From Eledone cirrhosa (lineage: Eukaryota), in NCBI GenBank assembly GCA_964016885.1, contig OZ024747.1, positions 33,604,001 to 33,668,000 on the forward strand: a DNA stretch of 64,000 nt, written 5' to 3'. This document shows, piece by piece, positions 26,151 to 39,400 of the stretch; the first letter of the stretch is position 1; the number at the start of each line of letters is the position of its first letter. A model generated the notes under the pieces. That model saw only the letters and a list, made by a program, of their open reading frames with translations. It had not been told where the DNA came from and did no database searches. A program made the position numbers and the translations under genes.

Positions 26151-29100
26151 TTATTATTATTATTATTACAGTTGCATTTATCTTGCTTTATGTTCATACG
26201 AGTTATCACCAAGTCACAACCAGTGACCTCAAGAGACAACAAGGTCCGCCATGTTCAAGAAAGAACATACATATTCACACATGCATCTTTAGTGTTTAGA
26301 CTTGTGATGTACTTATATTGACAGAATCTTCCTTAGTATATGGGCAGTTCCCATTAGTACTATCTTTTGTATATCTCCTATACGCGGGTTTCCTGGGATT
26401 TGTAACATGTAATCATTAGACCCCTTAGGTATCATTCCCAGAGCGCCTACAACCACTGGTATTGTTTTAGTTCTCAATTTCCACATTTTTCCAATTTCTA
26501 TCTCCAGGTCCTTATACTTGCTCAATTTTTCAAATGTTTTTATAGATACATTCTTGTCTATTGGAACAGACATATCAATTAGCAGGCATACCCTCTTTTG
26601 AAAGTCTTTCAATATTATATCAGGTCTGTTTGCATCTATTTTTCGGTCTGTTTGGATGCTAAAGTTCCACAAGATTGAGATGTGATCTTTTTCAAGTATG
26701 GGAGGTGGTTGATGCTCCCACCAATTCTTTTGATGGGGCAGGTCAAAATGCTTACACATTATCCAATGTATGTATTATGCAGCTCTGTCATGCCTGTTTA
26801 GGTATTCGGTTGGAGCTATAGGACTGCACATTGAAATTATATGGTCAATGGTCTCTGGTTGTATTTTGCATACACGGCATAATGGGCTGCACCCATTTTT
26901 TATTATGTTGGCTGGTAATTTTTTGTTGGCAGACACTGATCTTGTGCCGATATAATCAGTCCTTCAGTCTCCGATTTCAGTCCAGAGGATGCCAACCACT
27001 GATGGGTTAAAGTTTTGTCAACATCAGGATTGTTAGCTCGCTCTGGGTATTTTCCATACAGAGGCTTTTCTTGCCATTTCTTAGCCAGTTTCTGTAGCAG
27101 TTCTTTCTTTGCAGTTACTTTTACCTGCTTTGCTTTTTCTGTGTTTTCCATTTCAGCAGTAAATGGGACTTCTGAAATTTGTAGTCCATTACTGTATCTT
27201 TGTGCATCTTTTGTAATGGAATATGATCTTTTGATGCTTTCGTGTTTCAAAACGAGTTTGATCATCCAATCATGTGATTACCTTAGATATGTAGATAATC
27301 CAATTGTTGCAGTTTTCAACGCAATGTCTAACTGGATTAACCCACGTCCTCCTTCTTTCCTAGGGAGATATATTCTATCTATATCTGCCTTAGGGTGATG
27401 CATTCTGTGCATGGTTAAGAATTTTCGGAATTTTGTATCGAGCCTACGGATCTCTGTTCTTGACCAGTTGATGACATTGTAACTGTAGGTTACTACTGGT
27501 ATGGTAAGCGTGTTTATGGCATCGATCCTATTCCTTGCATTCAATTCCGTTCTTAAGATTGCTCTTACTCTGCGGTAACATTCCTTCCTTATCCTTTCCC
27601 TCATTGTCGAGTGCTTGATTCCGTCTCCTTCACAAACACCTAGATATTTGTAAGTTTTTTCTTGATCAAGTTCTCTTATCACGTTCCCCCGATCAAGATT
27701 AATGTCTGAACTCTTCAGCAGCTTTCCTCTGGTGAACGTTGCTTTGGCGCATTTATCTAGTCCAAACTCCATTTTAATGTCATCACTGAACTGCTTCACA
27801 GTGGATAATAGCCCTTGCAATTGTTCATCATTTTTTGCAAATAGTTTCAGGTCATCCATGTAGAACAGGTGATTAATGGTTTTGTCATAGACTTTATATC
27901 CATGTTTTGTTTCATTGAGCATTTTACTTAATAGTATAAGTGCGATGCAGAATAAAAGCGGTGATAAAGAGTCACCCTGAAAAATTCCACAATTAATATT
28001 AACTTCTCCAGCTTCCAGTGATTTTGTTTCACTATTCAAAAGGAGTGTCGTTGTCCATGTCTTCATACTGAATGACAAAAACCTCCTGACAACGGGGGAT
28101 ATTTTGAAAATCTCTAAACATTTTTCAATCCAACTGTGTGGCAAACTATCAAATGCTTTTTTATAATCTATCCAAGCAATCGATAGATTTTTGTGTCTAT
28201 TATGACAATCTTCCAGTATCATTTTGTTAACCAGAAGCTGATCCTTACAGCCATATGAGCCTCGTTTACACCCTTTCTGCTCAATGGGAAATAGGTCATT
28301 TGTTATCAGGTGGTCATATGTGTATTCAGTTAGGACTGCTGTTAACATTTTATACATTGTGGTCAAGCAAGTTATCGGTCTGTAATTTTTGGGATTGTTT
28401 GTCTCATCATTCTTCGGAAGCAGGAATGTAATGCCGTTAACTAGCCATGAAGGTATCTTTTCTGGCTCCTTAACTATTTCATTGTAAAGTTGGGCTTAAA
28501 GCTCATGAGACTCTGTGTAGGCATTTATCCAAAAGTTTTGTATTTTGTCTTTTCCTGGGGATTTCCATTTGCTGGTTTTTCTTAGAGCCAAGCGCAACTG
28601 TTCAACTGTTATATTTCCCCATGTTTGTTCCTCAAGGTGAGCTGTATCTTTCATTTGTCTGTCTATCCATGGGGCATGTATGTCATGAACTTTTTCTTCG
28701 GCCCAGATCTTTTCCCAGAATTCTTGCACTTCCTCCTTGGGTGGTATTGATTTAGCAGTTATTGTTGACTTACCAATTTTTCTGTAGAAGTTTCTTTGGT
28801 TGTTTTTAAACATATTATTGTCCTTATAGAATCTAGATCGTTTTTCAACGCGCCTTATACGAGCAGCTTTGGCCGACACTTTTTGCTTGATTATTTCTAT
28901 CAGCATGTCTATGTCACATGTTGATTTTATACTGTACTTTTTTTTTCAATTTTCTAAGTTTAGTTTGTTTAACATGTTCACCTACTTTATAGTTTGTTAA
29001 AATTTCTATGTCAGATCGGAGAAGGTTTATTTGGCGATTGATGTTCTCTTGCCAAGTAGATTTCTTGTGGGAATTCCTTTGTTTTTTCATCTTCACTCCA

Positions 29101-30125
29101 CATAAGTGAGTGGTGACTTTAGCCGATGCATAATAGAGATGATTTAAATCAGTAATGTTTAGTTTGTTTGTGATGATAATGTTTTTGAGAATTATGTTAG
29201 TCTTGTGTATTATCTTTTGGTTCTGTTTGGAGTTCTGGATCTTAGGGAGGGTGTCTCGTTGCCCCATGTCAGATTCTTTCATTTTCATCCATTCGATCAT
29301 AATTTCATCCTTCAAGTTGGCAAGTTCATTCTCATTAATTTCTTTATCATTTACGATCTCATTATTTTCATTTGGAGTTTCATCCTGAGCATGCACTCCC
29401 TCCACTTTTTCGCTCCTTTCTTTAATTTGTTCTGTTGCCAGTGATTCCGCCCCAACCCTGGGATTCGAAGTGTTACAGTTTACCTCGTTTTCACTGACAC
29501 ATGTTTCATTTTTCCCTTCGCTGACTTTGTGCTAATAGCTTGATCTGATCAATTTCTATATCAGTTAGTAACTTTTTTCTTACAATATTTCTTCGTATAT
29601 TGGCTAGTTTGTTACTGTCAATATAGCCTCTGTTTTCGGGATGTTTCTTTTTCCAGTTGATATATGTCTGTTCTGTATTCGATGTATTTGATGGGTAGTA
29701 TATGGCAGTGTAGAAAGCCTCAAGGACTTCTTTATTATCTTCCCTTGACCATTTGTCTCTCTTTTTCTTTGGATTTCTTGGTGGTGAGCATGGAGGGCCA
29801 ACAGTAGGAGTATTCCGGTTATGGGAGGTCTCCAGCTCCGAAGTGATGGGAAGGTTTGAACCATTAGCTGATTTTTCGACCCCAGTCTGGTTCCTCTCTG
29901 AGGGACGCGGCCCTTTTTTACCCGGGTGACGGCCGATCCGGTATGAGATTTTATCATTAGACATTTACTTTATTTTGTCGCGTTTTATCCTTATCCGCCA
30001 AGGGGTAATCATTTCGTGTTACCACTTCTAGAACGAGTGTCAACCAAGACTAGAGGGGTCGTTCTCCCCTAGAGACACGGCTATTCCCCGCCGGCCGCCA
30101 TCCCGGTATTTCTTGGTCACGGGGT
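26151..30125 (-). mobile_element. R4/Dong-type RLE retrotransposon, near full length, disrupted
   Basis: N-terminal WSREDNKEVL motif, KSPGKD, WIDYKKAFDS, GIFQGDSLSPLLF, FYMDD, EGGRGL, and an RLE (RPD..LID..K..KY) across ORFs 26313-29964. (TAA)n tail at 26151-26168. Confidence 0.92.
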
Positions 30126-30583
30126 TTTCTTTTTGTTGTTTTTTTAAATTGTTATTATCATGAGTGGTTCCTTAATGTGAGCATTGCGTGGCTTAAGAAT
30201 GAAATTATTAATAATTGTCTCCACTCCCGGCACAAGGCCAGCAATCACCCAGTGCATTACAATAATATAATATACTTTTTGTTGTAGTTGGCTGTTATTG
30301 TTGTTGGCTATGTCGGTGGTGGTGCCGGGGCTTTTTGTATTGTTGGTGAGGAAGGGGTGAGCCAGCAGTCCCATAGTTGTTGATGTTGACGTTTGGCCGT
30401 GGCCAGGTCACTAAGTCAATCCATTTATATCTTTTGCTAGCCTCTCCCTTGTCTAGTGATACCTTCCCCTTTCTCTCTCATTATTATTATTATTATTGTT
30501 ATTGTTATTCCTTGAATCTCAGTCATTGATGTTGGTTAACTGGAAAGTCCGTTGGATTGAATATCAAGCCACTACCTGCAGCC

Positions 30584-33500
30584 TCAGATATTCAGGACGT
30601 ATCGGAGGGTTCTTGCTGTTCCAAGCAAGCATGCCTTTTGAAGCGTTCCAAAAAGCGTGAAGGGGCCGATTTTCTTTAACCATCCCTGGAAACTTTTGGA
30701 GATAGTCCCCAGTGCGCCTATGACAATCGGGATCACTTTGACTTCATGGCAGTTCCAAATCCTTTTCACCTCCCACTTTAGGTCCTGGTAACGGTTAATG
30801 TTCTCCCTCTCCTTCTCTTGCACTCTCGTGTCGAACGGGCAGGCCACATCCACAATCAGGCACGATCTTTTTTCTTTGTCCACAACCACCAGGTCAGGTC
30901 TATTGTGTTCCAGTTTTTTGTCCGTCTGTATCCTAAAATCCCACAGCACCTTCACCTGATTGTTCTCCATCACCGCCTCTGGCCTATGCTCATACCATTT
31001 CTCAGAATGTGGTAGATTGTTTACTTTGCACAGGTGCCAGTGGATCACCCTGCCCATTACATCGTGTCTCCAGCCCTTATAGTGGGTCTGGGCTAGGTGT
31101 TTACACTCGGACACAATGTGAGCCACAGTCTCCTCTCTCTCTCCACAGATCCTGCACAGTGGGCTAGCCTCCTCCTTGTAGATATGGTGCTTCAACCACT
31201 TCGTTTTGAGGGCCTGCTCCTGCGCAGCCATTAGCATTCCTTCTGTAGCCTTTTTGAGGTCTCCTCTTCTCAACCAGTTCCATGTCTGTGGATCTCTAAA
31301 TTCAGTTTTCTCAAAGAAGGTACTATGAAGGGGTTTTCCCTTAAGGCTGCTCTTCCTCCTTGATGTTATTTCCTCCCTGGACATCCCCTGGCCTACTGTC
31401 CCCTCCTTCAGTACAGTTCTGAGCATTGGCTCCTTACTATAGGTCACGTATTTGTATAGGTTGTTTTTCTCCATCTGAACACAGTCCTCTATGCTGATAA
31501 GACCTCTTCCACCCTCAGATCTCCTTAGGTAGAGTCTATCGACATCACTCCTCTTGTGGAACATGTTGTAGATAGTCAATAGCTTCCTAGTCTTCCTATC
31601 CATTTCTTTCTGTTCAGCAACATTCCATCTTAGAATTCCCGCACTGTACCTAATAATAGACACAGCTCGGGAATTTACTGCGCTTATGGCATTTCTGCTG
31701 TTCAGATGTGACTTCAATACGCTCCTTACTCTCCGAATGTATTCAGTTCTTAACAATTCCTTCATTTTTTTGTTCTTTATGCCATCAGCCTCCAGAACGC
31801 CCAAATACATGTATCCTTCCTCAGAGTCAATTTCCTTTATCATCTCACCTGTTGGTATCTGGATCCCGTTACTTCTGCTCAACCTACCCCTCTTCATCAC
31901 AATGACTCCACATTTACCAATACCAAACTGCATACATATATCACTGCTGAAAATACGGACAGTGTCAACAAGCACATCCAACTCCTTCTCACTTTTCCCG
32001 AAGAGCTTAAGATCGTCCATGAAGAGGAGGTGATTGATGGTAAGCTCTCCCCTTCCCAACTTGTATCCTGCTCTCACTTTTCGCAGCATAATGGTCAAGG
32101 GCATCAGGGCAAGGACAAACAACAGAGGGGACAGGCTATCTCCCTGGAAGATACCTCTCTTGATCTTCACGCTTCCCAAGGATACTCCAGTTGATGTCAA
32201 CTCTGTCTCCCAGGACCCCATACTCCTGCCCAGCAACTGTCTGATGTTATCTGCCACCCTGAAGATCTCCAGGCTTTTGGTGATCCAGGAATGAAGCACC
32301 ATGTCAAATGCCTTTCTGTAGTCTATCCATCCCATGGCAAGATCAGTGTGTCTCCTCCTGCAATTCCCCATTACCATCTTATCAATAAGCAACTGGTCCT
32401 GTGTACCACGTGACTTCTTTCGGCATCCTTTCTGTTCGTCCGGTAACAAGTTGTTTGTGTGGAGGTGATGGTAGATTTCCTCAGACACAATGCTCGTCAA
32501 CAGTTTCCACATTACGGGCAGACATGTGATAGGTCTATAGTTGGTAGCATCATTACCCTTGATTCGGTCTTTCATTATCAGAACTGTGGTACCTTTTGTC
32601 AACCACTCTGGCACCTCACCCGACACCAAGCACTCATTGAACATGGCCGTCAGCTTCGGGTGGAGGGATGTTAGATGTTTAATCCAGTACCCCTGCACAC
32701 CATCTGGGCCTGGTGATTTCCAGTTGGTTAGTTTTTTGGCTTGCCCCTTAAGAGTTTCAACTGTGATACTCAAATCAGTCTGTTGCTGTGCCTGCTCACC
32801 GATCTCCCTCTGTACTGTCTCAATCCACCCTGCCTGGGCATTGTGTCTAACATCCTGCTCCCATATTCCTCTCCAGAATGTTTTAGTTTGCTCCGCCCCA
32901 GGGATCAAGTCGTTGCTTCTTTCTTTGCCCTCAAGCTGTCCAAACAGCATCTTCTGGTTGATGTCGAACATGCGGTTCTGTTTATACTGACTGACTCTGT
33001 TCTCGTATCGCCTGATTTTTGCACTCTTTGCTACAATGCGTTGCTTCAATTCCTCTATGATAATATTTAGCTTTTTACTCCTAGTTTTGTATTTTATTTC
33101 CAGTTTATTTTTAGTGCCTATGTTTTTTAGTGTCCCATTCAGTAGTGACTCAAGCTTTCCTATGTCATTTCTCATTTCCCCGATTTGCCCACTCAGTCGC
33201 TTCTTCCACCACGGCTCTGCTCTTTCTTGTCTGTTGTTTCCTCTCGCTTTTATACCAAGTAGTTTCCTCACCGTATTTGCTGTTGCTCTGAGGATATTGT
33301 TGCACTGGTGAAGGCTCCTCGCCTCAAGGTATGGGATGACTTTGTTTACCTTAGCTGTTGTTTCTTTTAACTTTTTCCTGTCTACAAATCTTAGGTTCAT
33401 AGGTCTCCCACTATCATTGTTCAATTCATCTACCACTAAATTTAGGATGTCAACCGAATCTTGTCCTAGCCCGTCAGCATTCATCTCCTCAGTGGCCGTA

Positions 33501-33976
33501 TCTCTGTTCCAGGTATTATTTATCTCAGTACTCAGATCATTGTCTGCTTCGGGTGGTTCCTCCGTTCTCAGGACCTCCTCACCTTCATTTCCCACCGGCT
33601 CGCTTGTCTGGCATACTACACCCGCCATCTCCAAGCCATTCTCTCTGCTCAGTTCCTCCAGTTCCAGCTCGCTTATCCACCCATTAGTTCTTATTACCCG
33701 AGCCTGCCCGGCCAATTTTTGTTCATCTAATTTAAATAAACCAATCTCGTTCCAGATGTTATGCATCCGTCTCCTGTAGCCCCTCTCCTTGGGGTTACTT
33801 TTCAGGTAGCATTGCATAACAGTTCTATTCAATTCTTTCGTCCAGTTGGTTCTGGCCCCTTTCCTTCTTCTCCTTCCTCCAACATCAGCAGTATTTGGTT
33901 GACAGTCAGGTTCCTGCTGCTGAGCCAGGGGGCACCTGTTGGGTGAGAGTCTGTCACATGACGTTCTAGTCTCCAT
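30584..33976 (-). CDS. Intact single ORF of an R4/Dong-clade non-LTR retrotransposon (RT + CCHC + restriction-like endonuclease)
   Basis: 1130 aa uninterrupted: N-terminal WTKELNR Myb-like motif, KSPGPDG, NYRPITCL, GIFQGDSLSPLLF, FMDD, CRIC..ETVAHIVSEC, RPD..VD..RY. (TAA)n tail at ~30480-30508. Confidence 0.95.
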   Translation of the reverse strand: METRTSCDRLSPNRCPLAQQQEPDCQPNTADVGGRRRRKGARTNWTKELNRTVMQCYLKSNPKERGYRRRMHNIWNEIGLFKLDEQKLAGQARVIRTNGWISELELEELSRENGLEMAGVVCQTSEPVGNEGEEVLRTEEPPEADNDLSTEINNTWNRDTATEEMNADGLGQDSVDILNLVVDELNNDSGRPMNLRFVDRKKLKETTAKVNKVIPYLEARSLHQCNNILRATANTVRKLLGIKARGNNRQERAEPWWKKRLSGQIGEMRNDIGKLESLLNGTLKNIGTKNKLEIKYKTRSKKLNIIIEELKQRIVAKSAKIRRYENRVSQYKQNRMFDINQKMLFGQLEGKERSNDLIPGAEQTKTFWRGIWEQDVRHNAQAGWIETVQREIGEQAQQQTDLSITVETLKGQAKKLTNWKSPGPDGVQGYWIKHLTSLHPKLTAMFNECLVSGEVPEWLTKGTTVLIMKDRIKGNDATNYRPITCLPVMWKLLTSIVSEEIYHHLHTNNLLPDEQKGCRKKSRGTQDQLLIDKMVMGNCRRRHTDLAMGWIDYRKAFDMVLHSWITKSLEIFRVADNIRQLLGRSMGSWETELTSTGVSLGSVKIKRGIFQGDSLSPLLFVLALMPLTIMLRKVRAGYKLGRGELTINHLLFMDDLKLFGKSEKELDVLVDTVRIFSSDICMQFGIGKCGVIVMKRGRLSRSNGIQIPTGEMIKEIDSEEGYMYLGVLEADGIKNKKMKELLRTEYIRRVRSVLKSHLNSRNAISAVNSRAVSIIRYSAGILRWNVAEQKEMDRKTRKLLTIYNMFHKRSDVDRLYLRRSEGGRGLISIEDCVQMEKNNLYKYVTYSKEPMLRTVLKEGTVGQGMSREEITSRRKSSLKGKPLHSTFFEKTEFRDPQTWNWLRRGDLKKATEGMLMAAQEQALKTKWLKHHIYKEEASPLCRICGEREETVAHIVSECKHLAQTHYKGWRHDVMGRVIHWHLCKVNNLPHSEKWYEHRPEAVMENNQVKVLWDFRIQTDKKLEHNRPDLVVVDKEKRSCLIVDVACPFDTRVQEKERENINRYQDLKWEVKRIWNCHEVKVIPIVIGALGTISKSFQGWLKKIGPFTLFGTLQKACLLGTARTLRYVLNI

Positions 33977-35072
33977 TTCACCGTTATTCGAACTGTTTAT
34001 GTTCGATATTTAAACACTCTTATCGAGGATTGGCGAATGTATGTTTACATAGCCATCTGTGGATCCGCCATCCCACTTGGCTCTTGTGTGGCATTATCAC
34101 CACGCTGTATACGAACACACATAAACAAACAAACACACAGGCAGAAAGGGCCCCAAAAATGAATAAGCATAAGTTTCATTGTAATGTAGTGTTCGAATGT
34201 CTGACTTAGTTTTAGTTTTTTAAGTTTTACTTTTTCCCCCCTCTTCTCTGTCCGTCCGCCTGCTTCTCTCTTGATTCTTATATTCTTTACGTTTTTGGGG
34301 TTTCTTTTTTTTGTTTTTGTTTTTCTGTGTTTGTTTTTCTCGTTTTTTGCTGTTGTTGCTGTGCTGCTTTGGTTTTGTTGTTTGTTTTTTCTTTTTTCTT
34401 TTGGGTCTATCTATATATTTTGATGCCTTCCTCTTTGTTAGTAGTAGGAATTCTATAATGTGGAAGTAGCAGCCAGCAGGGAAGTGGGAGACTGGCGGCG
34501 TTAGCGATACTGAGACAGTGGTGGTGGTGATGTCGATACCGAGGCAGTGGTGGCGGTGATGTGACCGTATTACTGTAGTGATGGTGCTGTAGCGGAGTCA
34601 AGGGGTGGTGGCGGCGGTGATGGGATAGTGGTGGTAATGATGGCCGTAGTGAGCGGTGGCGGTGAAGGTGAAAATGTGTCGTTATCTGGCTGTTGTGTTT
34701 AGTGTACACAGATGATGGGGTGGGTGGTGTATCTAGTTTCTGGTGTTGGTGAGTTTAGCTGTCCTATATAGTGTAGCCAGAGGAGAGGAGGGGAGGGGTT
34801 CTTCTTCCATTTATAGCCATTTTTTTGGGGGGGGGGGATATACAGTGTACAATACAAAGTTGAATATTTGAATATTTGAGCCTTATAACAATATATTTTG
34901 GGTCCGAATTTTTTGGGGCTCAAGCCGGGTGCTTTACGTAGCATTTGTACTAAGAGTTGTTATTTCACAAATGGTTTAAATATGTTAAAAATTCAAAACT
35001 TACGGGAGCGATTTCATGACCTCCGTCACCTCGTGCGTCTTCTTCCCCCCTTCTTATTATTCCCTTCCCCCC

Positions 35073-35124
<52 letters not shown>

Positions 35125-35243
35125 TCCTTATATTAAACTATAATTACACTCCTTATTCTTTACATTAAACTGCAACTATGTTGACACTCTTTAAATAACG
35201 TCTTCCTTGTGAATTTTGTGGTCTTGTTTTGCTTAACTAATGA

Positions 35244-35280
<37 letters not shown>

Positions 35281-35504
35281 CTGAGTTTTTCGAATATTAA
35301 TAATAACATTCTATTCGTTTGCAATTTTGCAAACAAGCCTCAATTTTGTAGCCATGTCAGTAGAATGAACACTTCATTCTTGCTCCTGTGTTGGCATGCG
35401 AACAGAACTGCAGACACTAATGCTTCTGGATATCACCCTTCATCAGTACAGCTCACTGTTCACCTGCTAAACTGTCAGCCATGTGGAGCAAAATTTTCTT
35501 TTTT

Positions 35505-36150
35505 ATATATATATGTATGTATATATACATACATACACATAATACCGAACATTTATTATAATGTTCGGTTTGTTTATATATATGTGTGCATGTATGTATA
35601 TATATACATACTATTGTACGTGTGTATACATATATGTATGTACGTATACATACTTACATTTAAGTATCAGCCGTAATAAGAGTGAGAAATGAAATTTCAT
35701 TTCATTCTTTTCCATTTATCGTTTTCGGTACGCCCGGCCGACTAACTCACTCGATATGCAAATTAGGCTTCTCAGCCGTTAATATGCATAAGGAAAGTAT
35801 ATACTTTCAAACGTTCAATCATCTGACAGGAAGGTATACGTTGCTGACGATAGCTAATAAGCTTGAAACTAGTTCATCGTTCTTTTGTCAGTGTTGAACA
35901 AAAGGGCGACGATGGTTGCCGAACACTGTACGGCTTAATTCGGGCTGTTTGTTTACAATAAAACCGAACATTATAATAAATGTTCGGTAAACCCATACGT
36001 ACATATATATATGTGTGCATGTATGTATATATATACATACTACTGTACGTCTGTATACATATAAGTATGTACGTATACATACTTCAATATAAGTATCAGC
36101 CGTACTAAGAGTGAGAAAAGAAACTTCATTTCATTCTTTTCCATTTATAT
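35505..36150 (+). mobile_element. Non-coding ~430-bp HHR unit, ~1.4 tandem copies with a short inverted 5' arm
   Basis: gtgagaaa..tttcattcttttccattt at 35682 and 36111 (period 429). HHR at 35838-35880: acgttg CTGACGA t-agct-aata-agct-t GAAA ctag TT catcgt. 35505-35575 is an inverted piece of the same unit. Confidence 0.8.
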
Positions 36151-36249
36151 ATATATTTATACATACATACATACATACATACATACATACATACATACAT
36201 AGACAGTCAGTCAATGTAATCAGTCCCACATTTTGGCGTGGGAGACTCT

Positions 36250-39200
36250 CCATTAAATTTAAGATGAATACTATCTCCGACAGTATTGCCACAACTACCA
36301 GTCATGTTGAATAACTGAATATTCTTCAAACCATATCCACTGAAGACACCTTTTCTTCGAATTCGTAGAGATATCCAACTAGACACAATAGCAACAATAA
36401 CAATTTACCAAACACAAGGAACAAAAACAATTTACCGAACACAAGGGATGAAAACAATTTACCAAAGAAAACCATTGAGGAAATCAATGAGAAAGTTAAA
36501 CAAAATATATTCAATTGTAGCTACAGAAGAAACCGAAATTATAAATTGTGTTTCTCTTGGAGTTCCGAACTTAATGATGATTTATTTAATTGTTATAAAA
36601 TGGTGAAAAAACATCCCTCCGTTGAATATATGAACAGAATGAAGCTACACTGGGACGAAATATATCCAGAGCTACATCACTTCACAATCAAACAATAACG
36701 CCGATAAGTGACGTTTGTTGAACGTAAAAACAAGATGAATATTATTAATTGTAAGTCCCCCACAACAAACATGGAATCAACAACATGTACTACAGGTCAC
36801 CATGCTGCTAGACTTCCTAGCAACCAGGCCAAACAGTGCCTTGAAACAACTAAGTGTTTAAGAAATTTGACACCACGTGTACCATCTAAGCCTGTCTCAA
36901 CTGCTGGGGAAAACACTATCGATAATAATAATCACTATCGATAATAATATTAATCACTATCGATAATAATAATAATAAAAATGTAATCAATTGAAATTTC
37001 CCTCAACGAAATTTTCCAGAGAGTAATTAATTCATGTTTAAACAATTCTCTTGCTGAACGTAATAGAACAACAATACTAAATAAAATAAAACCAAATAAT
37101 GAAATCTTACGTGCTATTGATGAAATAGGGGATGAATATTTAGGCCGGATTAAAGCCCCCACATTTTGGCAAATCAACGCCTGTTTATATGCCTTAGCAA
37201 CAACAGTGAAGCATTATCTTGGTGCTAGTAGAGATATTAACAAAAACAAAACACCACAATAAATATCATCATATATAACTAAAATAGAAAAAAATGTTGC
37301 TAACCTACGAAAAACTATAGGATATGCGGCAACAAAGAGTGAAAAATAAAACAGAAACGATGTTTGGTGACAGTACAACCAGAACTCTTCAATATAAGCT
37401 GATCACTGACAAACAAGAATTGAGAGCAGTCAGCAAGAAACGCTGATACCTGAAGAAGGTAGATGAAAGAAAAGTACTTAATAAAAGATTCAGACGAAAC
37501 CAAACATCAGTCTATAGAGATATGAAGGGCAAAGTAATAAATGTCAAAGAGGCCTCATCCCAAAAAGACATAGATTACTTTTGGAGAAAAATATGGGGAG
37601 AAAAGTATAATTTCAACCAAGATGCAGTGTGGATAAAAGAAATCCAATAGAATTATTGCTCCTACGCTACAACAAAAACATACAAAATAAATCAGGATTC
37701 CCTGGAGACTGTGATAGGAAAACTCCAAGATAAGAAAATACCAGAAAGAGACATGATTGTCGGCTACTGGTACAAAAAAACTGATATTCTATCGGATGTA
37801 TCTTATCGACCCTACCAACAAGTTCCCAAGGGAGTTATACATATACCAGAATGGTTGACATTAGCACAAACAATACTGGTCCCCATGAACAGAGACACCC
37901 ACTTGGCAAAAAGCTACCGACACATTACATGCCAGAACCTGATGTATAAGATTGTATACAGCCTGCCTGAACCTATTTCTCCAAGGTCACGGTGAAAATA
38001 ATATCAGCATCACAGATGAACAAGCAGCTGGAAAGAAAGGTGTTTGGTGGTGTGCTGAACAACTCCTAATCAACAAAACTGTGATGTCGGAGGTGCGACA
38101 ACGTAGGAGGAATATGGCTACAGTCTGGCTGGACTACAGGAAAGCTTTCGATTCTGTTCCCCACTCTTGGATGATAGAGGCCCTCCGACTTGCTAAAGTT
38201 AAAGACAGAGAAGGAGAACTCTATTTTCACTGATAAAATAGAATATCACAGGGGTATATTTCAGGGAGACAGTCTCTCTGTGTTACTATTTATCCTATCA
38301 TTAAACCTCTTGTCCTTTCTGCTCAAGAAATGTGAAGGATAAATTATTGGCTCACAGTAGGACAGAAATACAAAGTTAACCCATACTGTTTTTTTGGATG
38401 ATGGGAAACTCTATGCCAAGAACATAACTGGGATGAAGAAAAATCTTGACCAGGTTACAACATTCTCAAAGGACATAGGAATGGAGTTTGGCCAAGATAA
38501 ATGTTCATATATGACTGTAAAGCGAGAAAAAACTACAACCCAATCTAGCAACATTTTTATCAATGGCCTAACTGTTTCACCGATATCTGATGAGGACTGC
38601 TACATATACCTGGGTATACATGAGAATATGTCCTATAATGGTATTTGTAATAAAGAACGTGTAACCAGGGAATATTACACCCGATTAAGAAAAATATGGT
38701 CATCAGAACTCTCTGCGCACAATAAAGCAGTGGCTCACAATGTATTTGCTGTGCCTGTCCTAACACCGATATTTGGAATACTCGATTGGACGATAGATGA
38801 AATCCGAGCAATTGATGTGAAAACTCCAAAGATTCTAAACAACACCAGAAACTTCCACATCAACGAGCATAAACCGCCTCTACTTGAAACATAAGCAGAG
38901 AGGCAGAAACCTAACATTAGTCCAGACAGCATTTCAGACTTGCATCATGTCCCTCTGACAACATCTATGAACCTCGAAGCGTAGGAAGCCATCTATTGAG
39001 CAAGTCTGTCTGCATGAGAGAGATAAGATCATGAGAGTTGGGAAGGAACTCCTTGAAAGATACTCCCTGGATGATAATAAAAAACTCACATCCATGGAAA
39101 TTGCCCAGCAGTATTGCAGTGAATCCATGGATGAAAAACTGCATGCTTATCAGCAAAACATCATGCATGGGTATGTTGCCAGGAAGCTCCAGAATGAGAG

Positions 39201-39400
39201 TAATATAGTCAAACAAAGTAGTCTATCTTGGACCAACGACTGCTATATTGGCTCCCACTTTGAAGGATATGCTTTTGCAATCCAAGAACAGGAAAACAAC
39301 ACAAAATACCTGATTCACAAAAGAAATAGGAATGCCGGCAAAACACGTAAATGTGACAACAAATGCAGACACGGCAGAATTAACATCGACAGGAGCAAAA
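36250..39400 (+). pseudogene. Heavily degraded R4/Dong-type element
   Basis: Fragments VWLDYRKAFDSVPHSW, GIFQGDSLS, MDDGKLYAK, MEFGQDKC, YLG, EGYAFAIQEQ; many stops and frameshifts. Confidence 0.85.
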
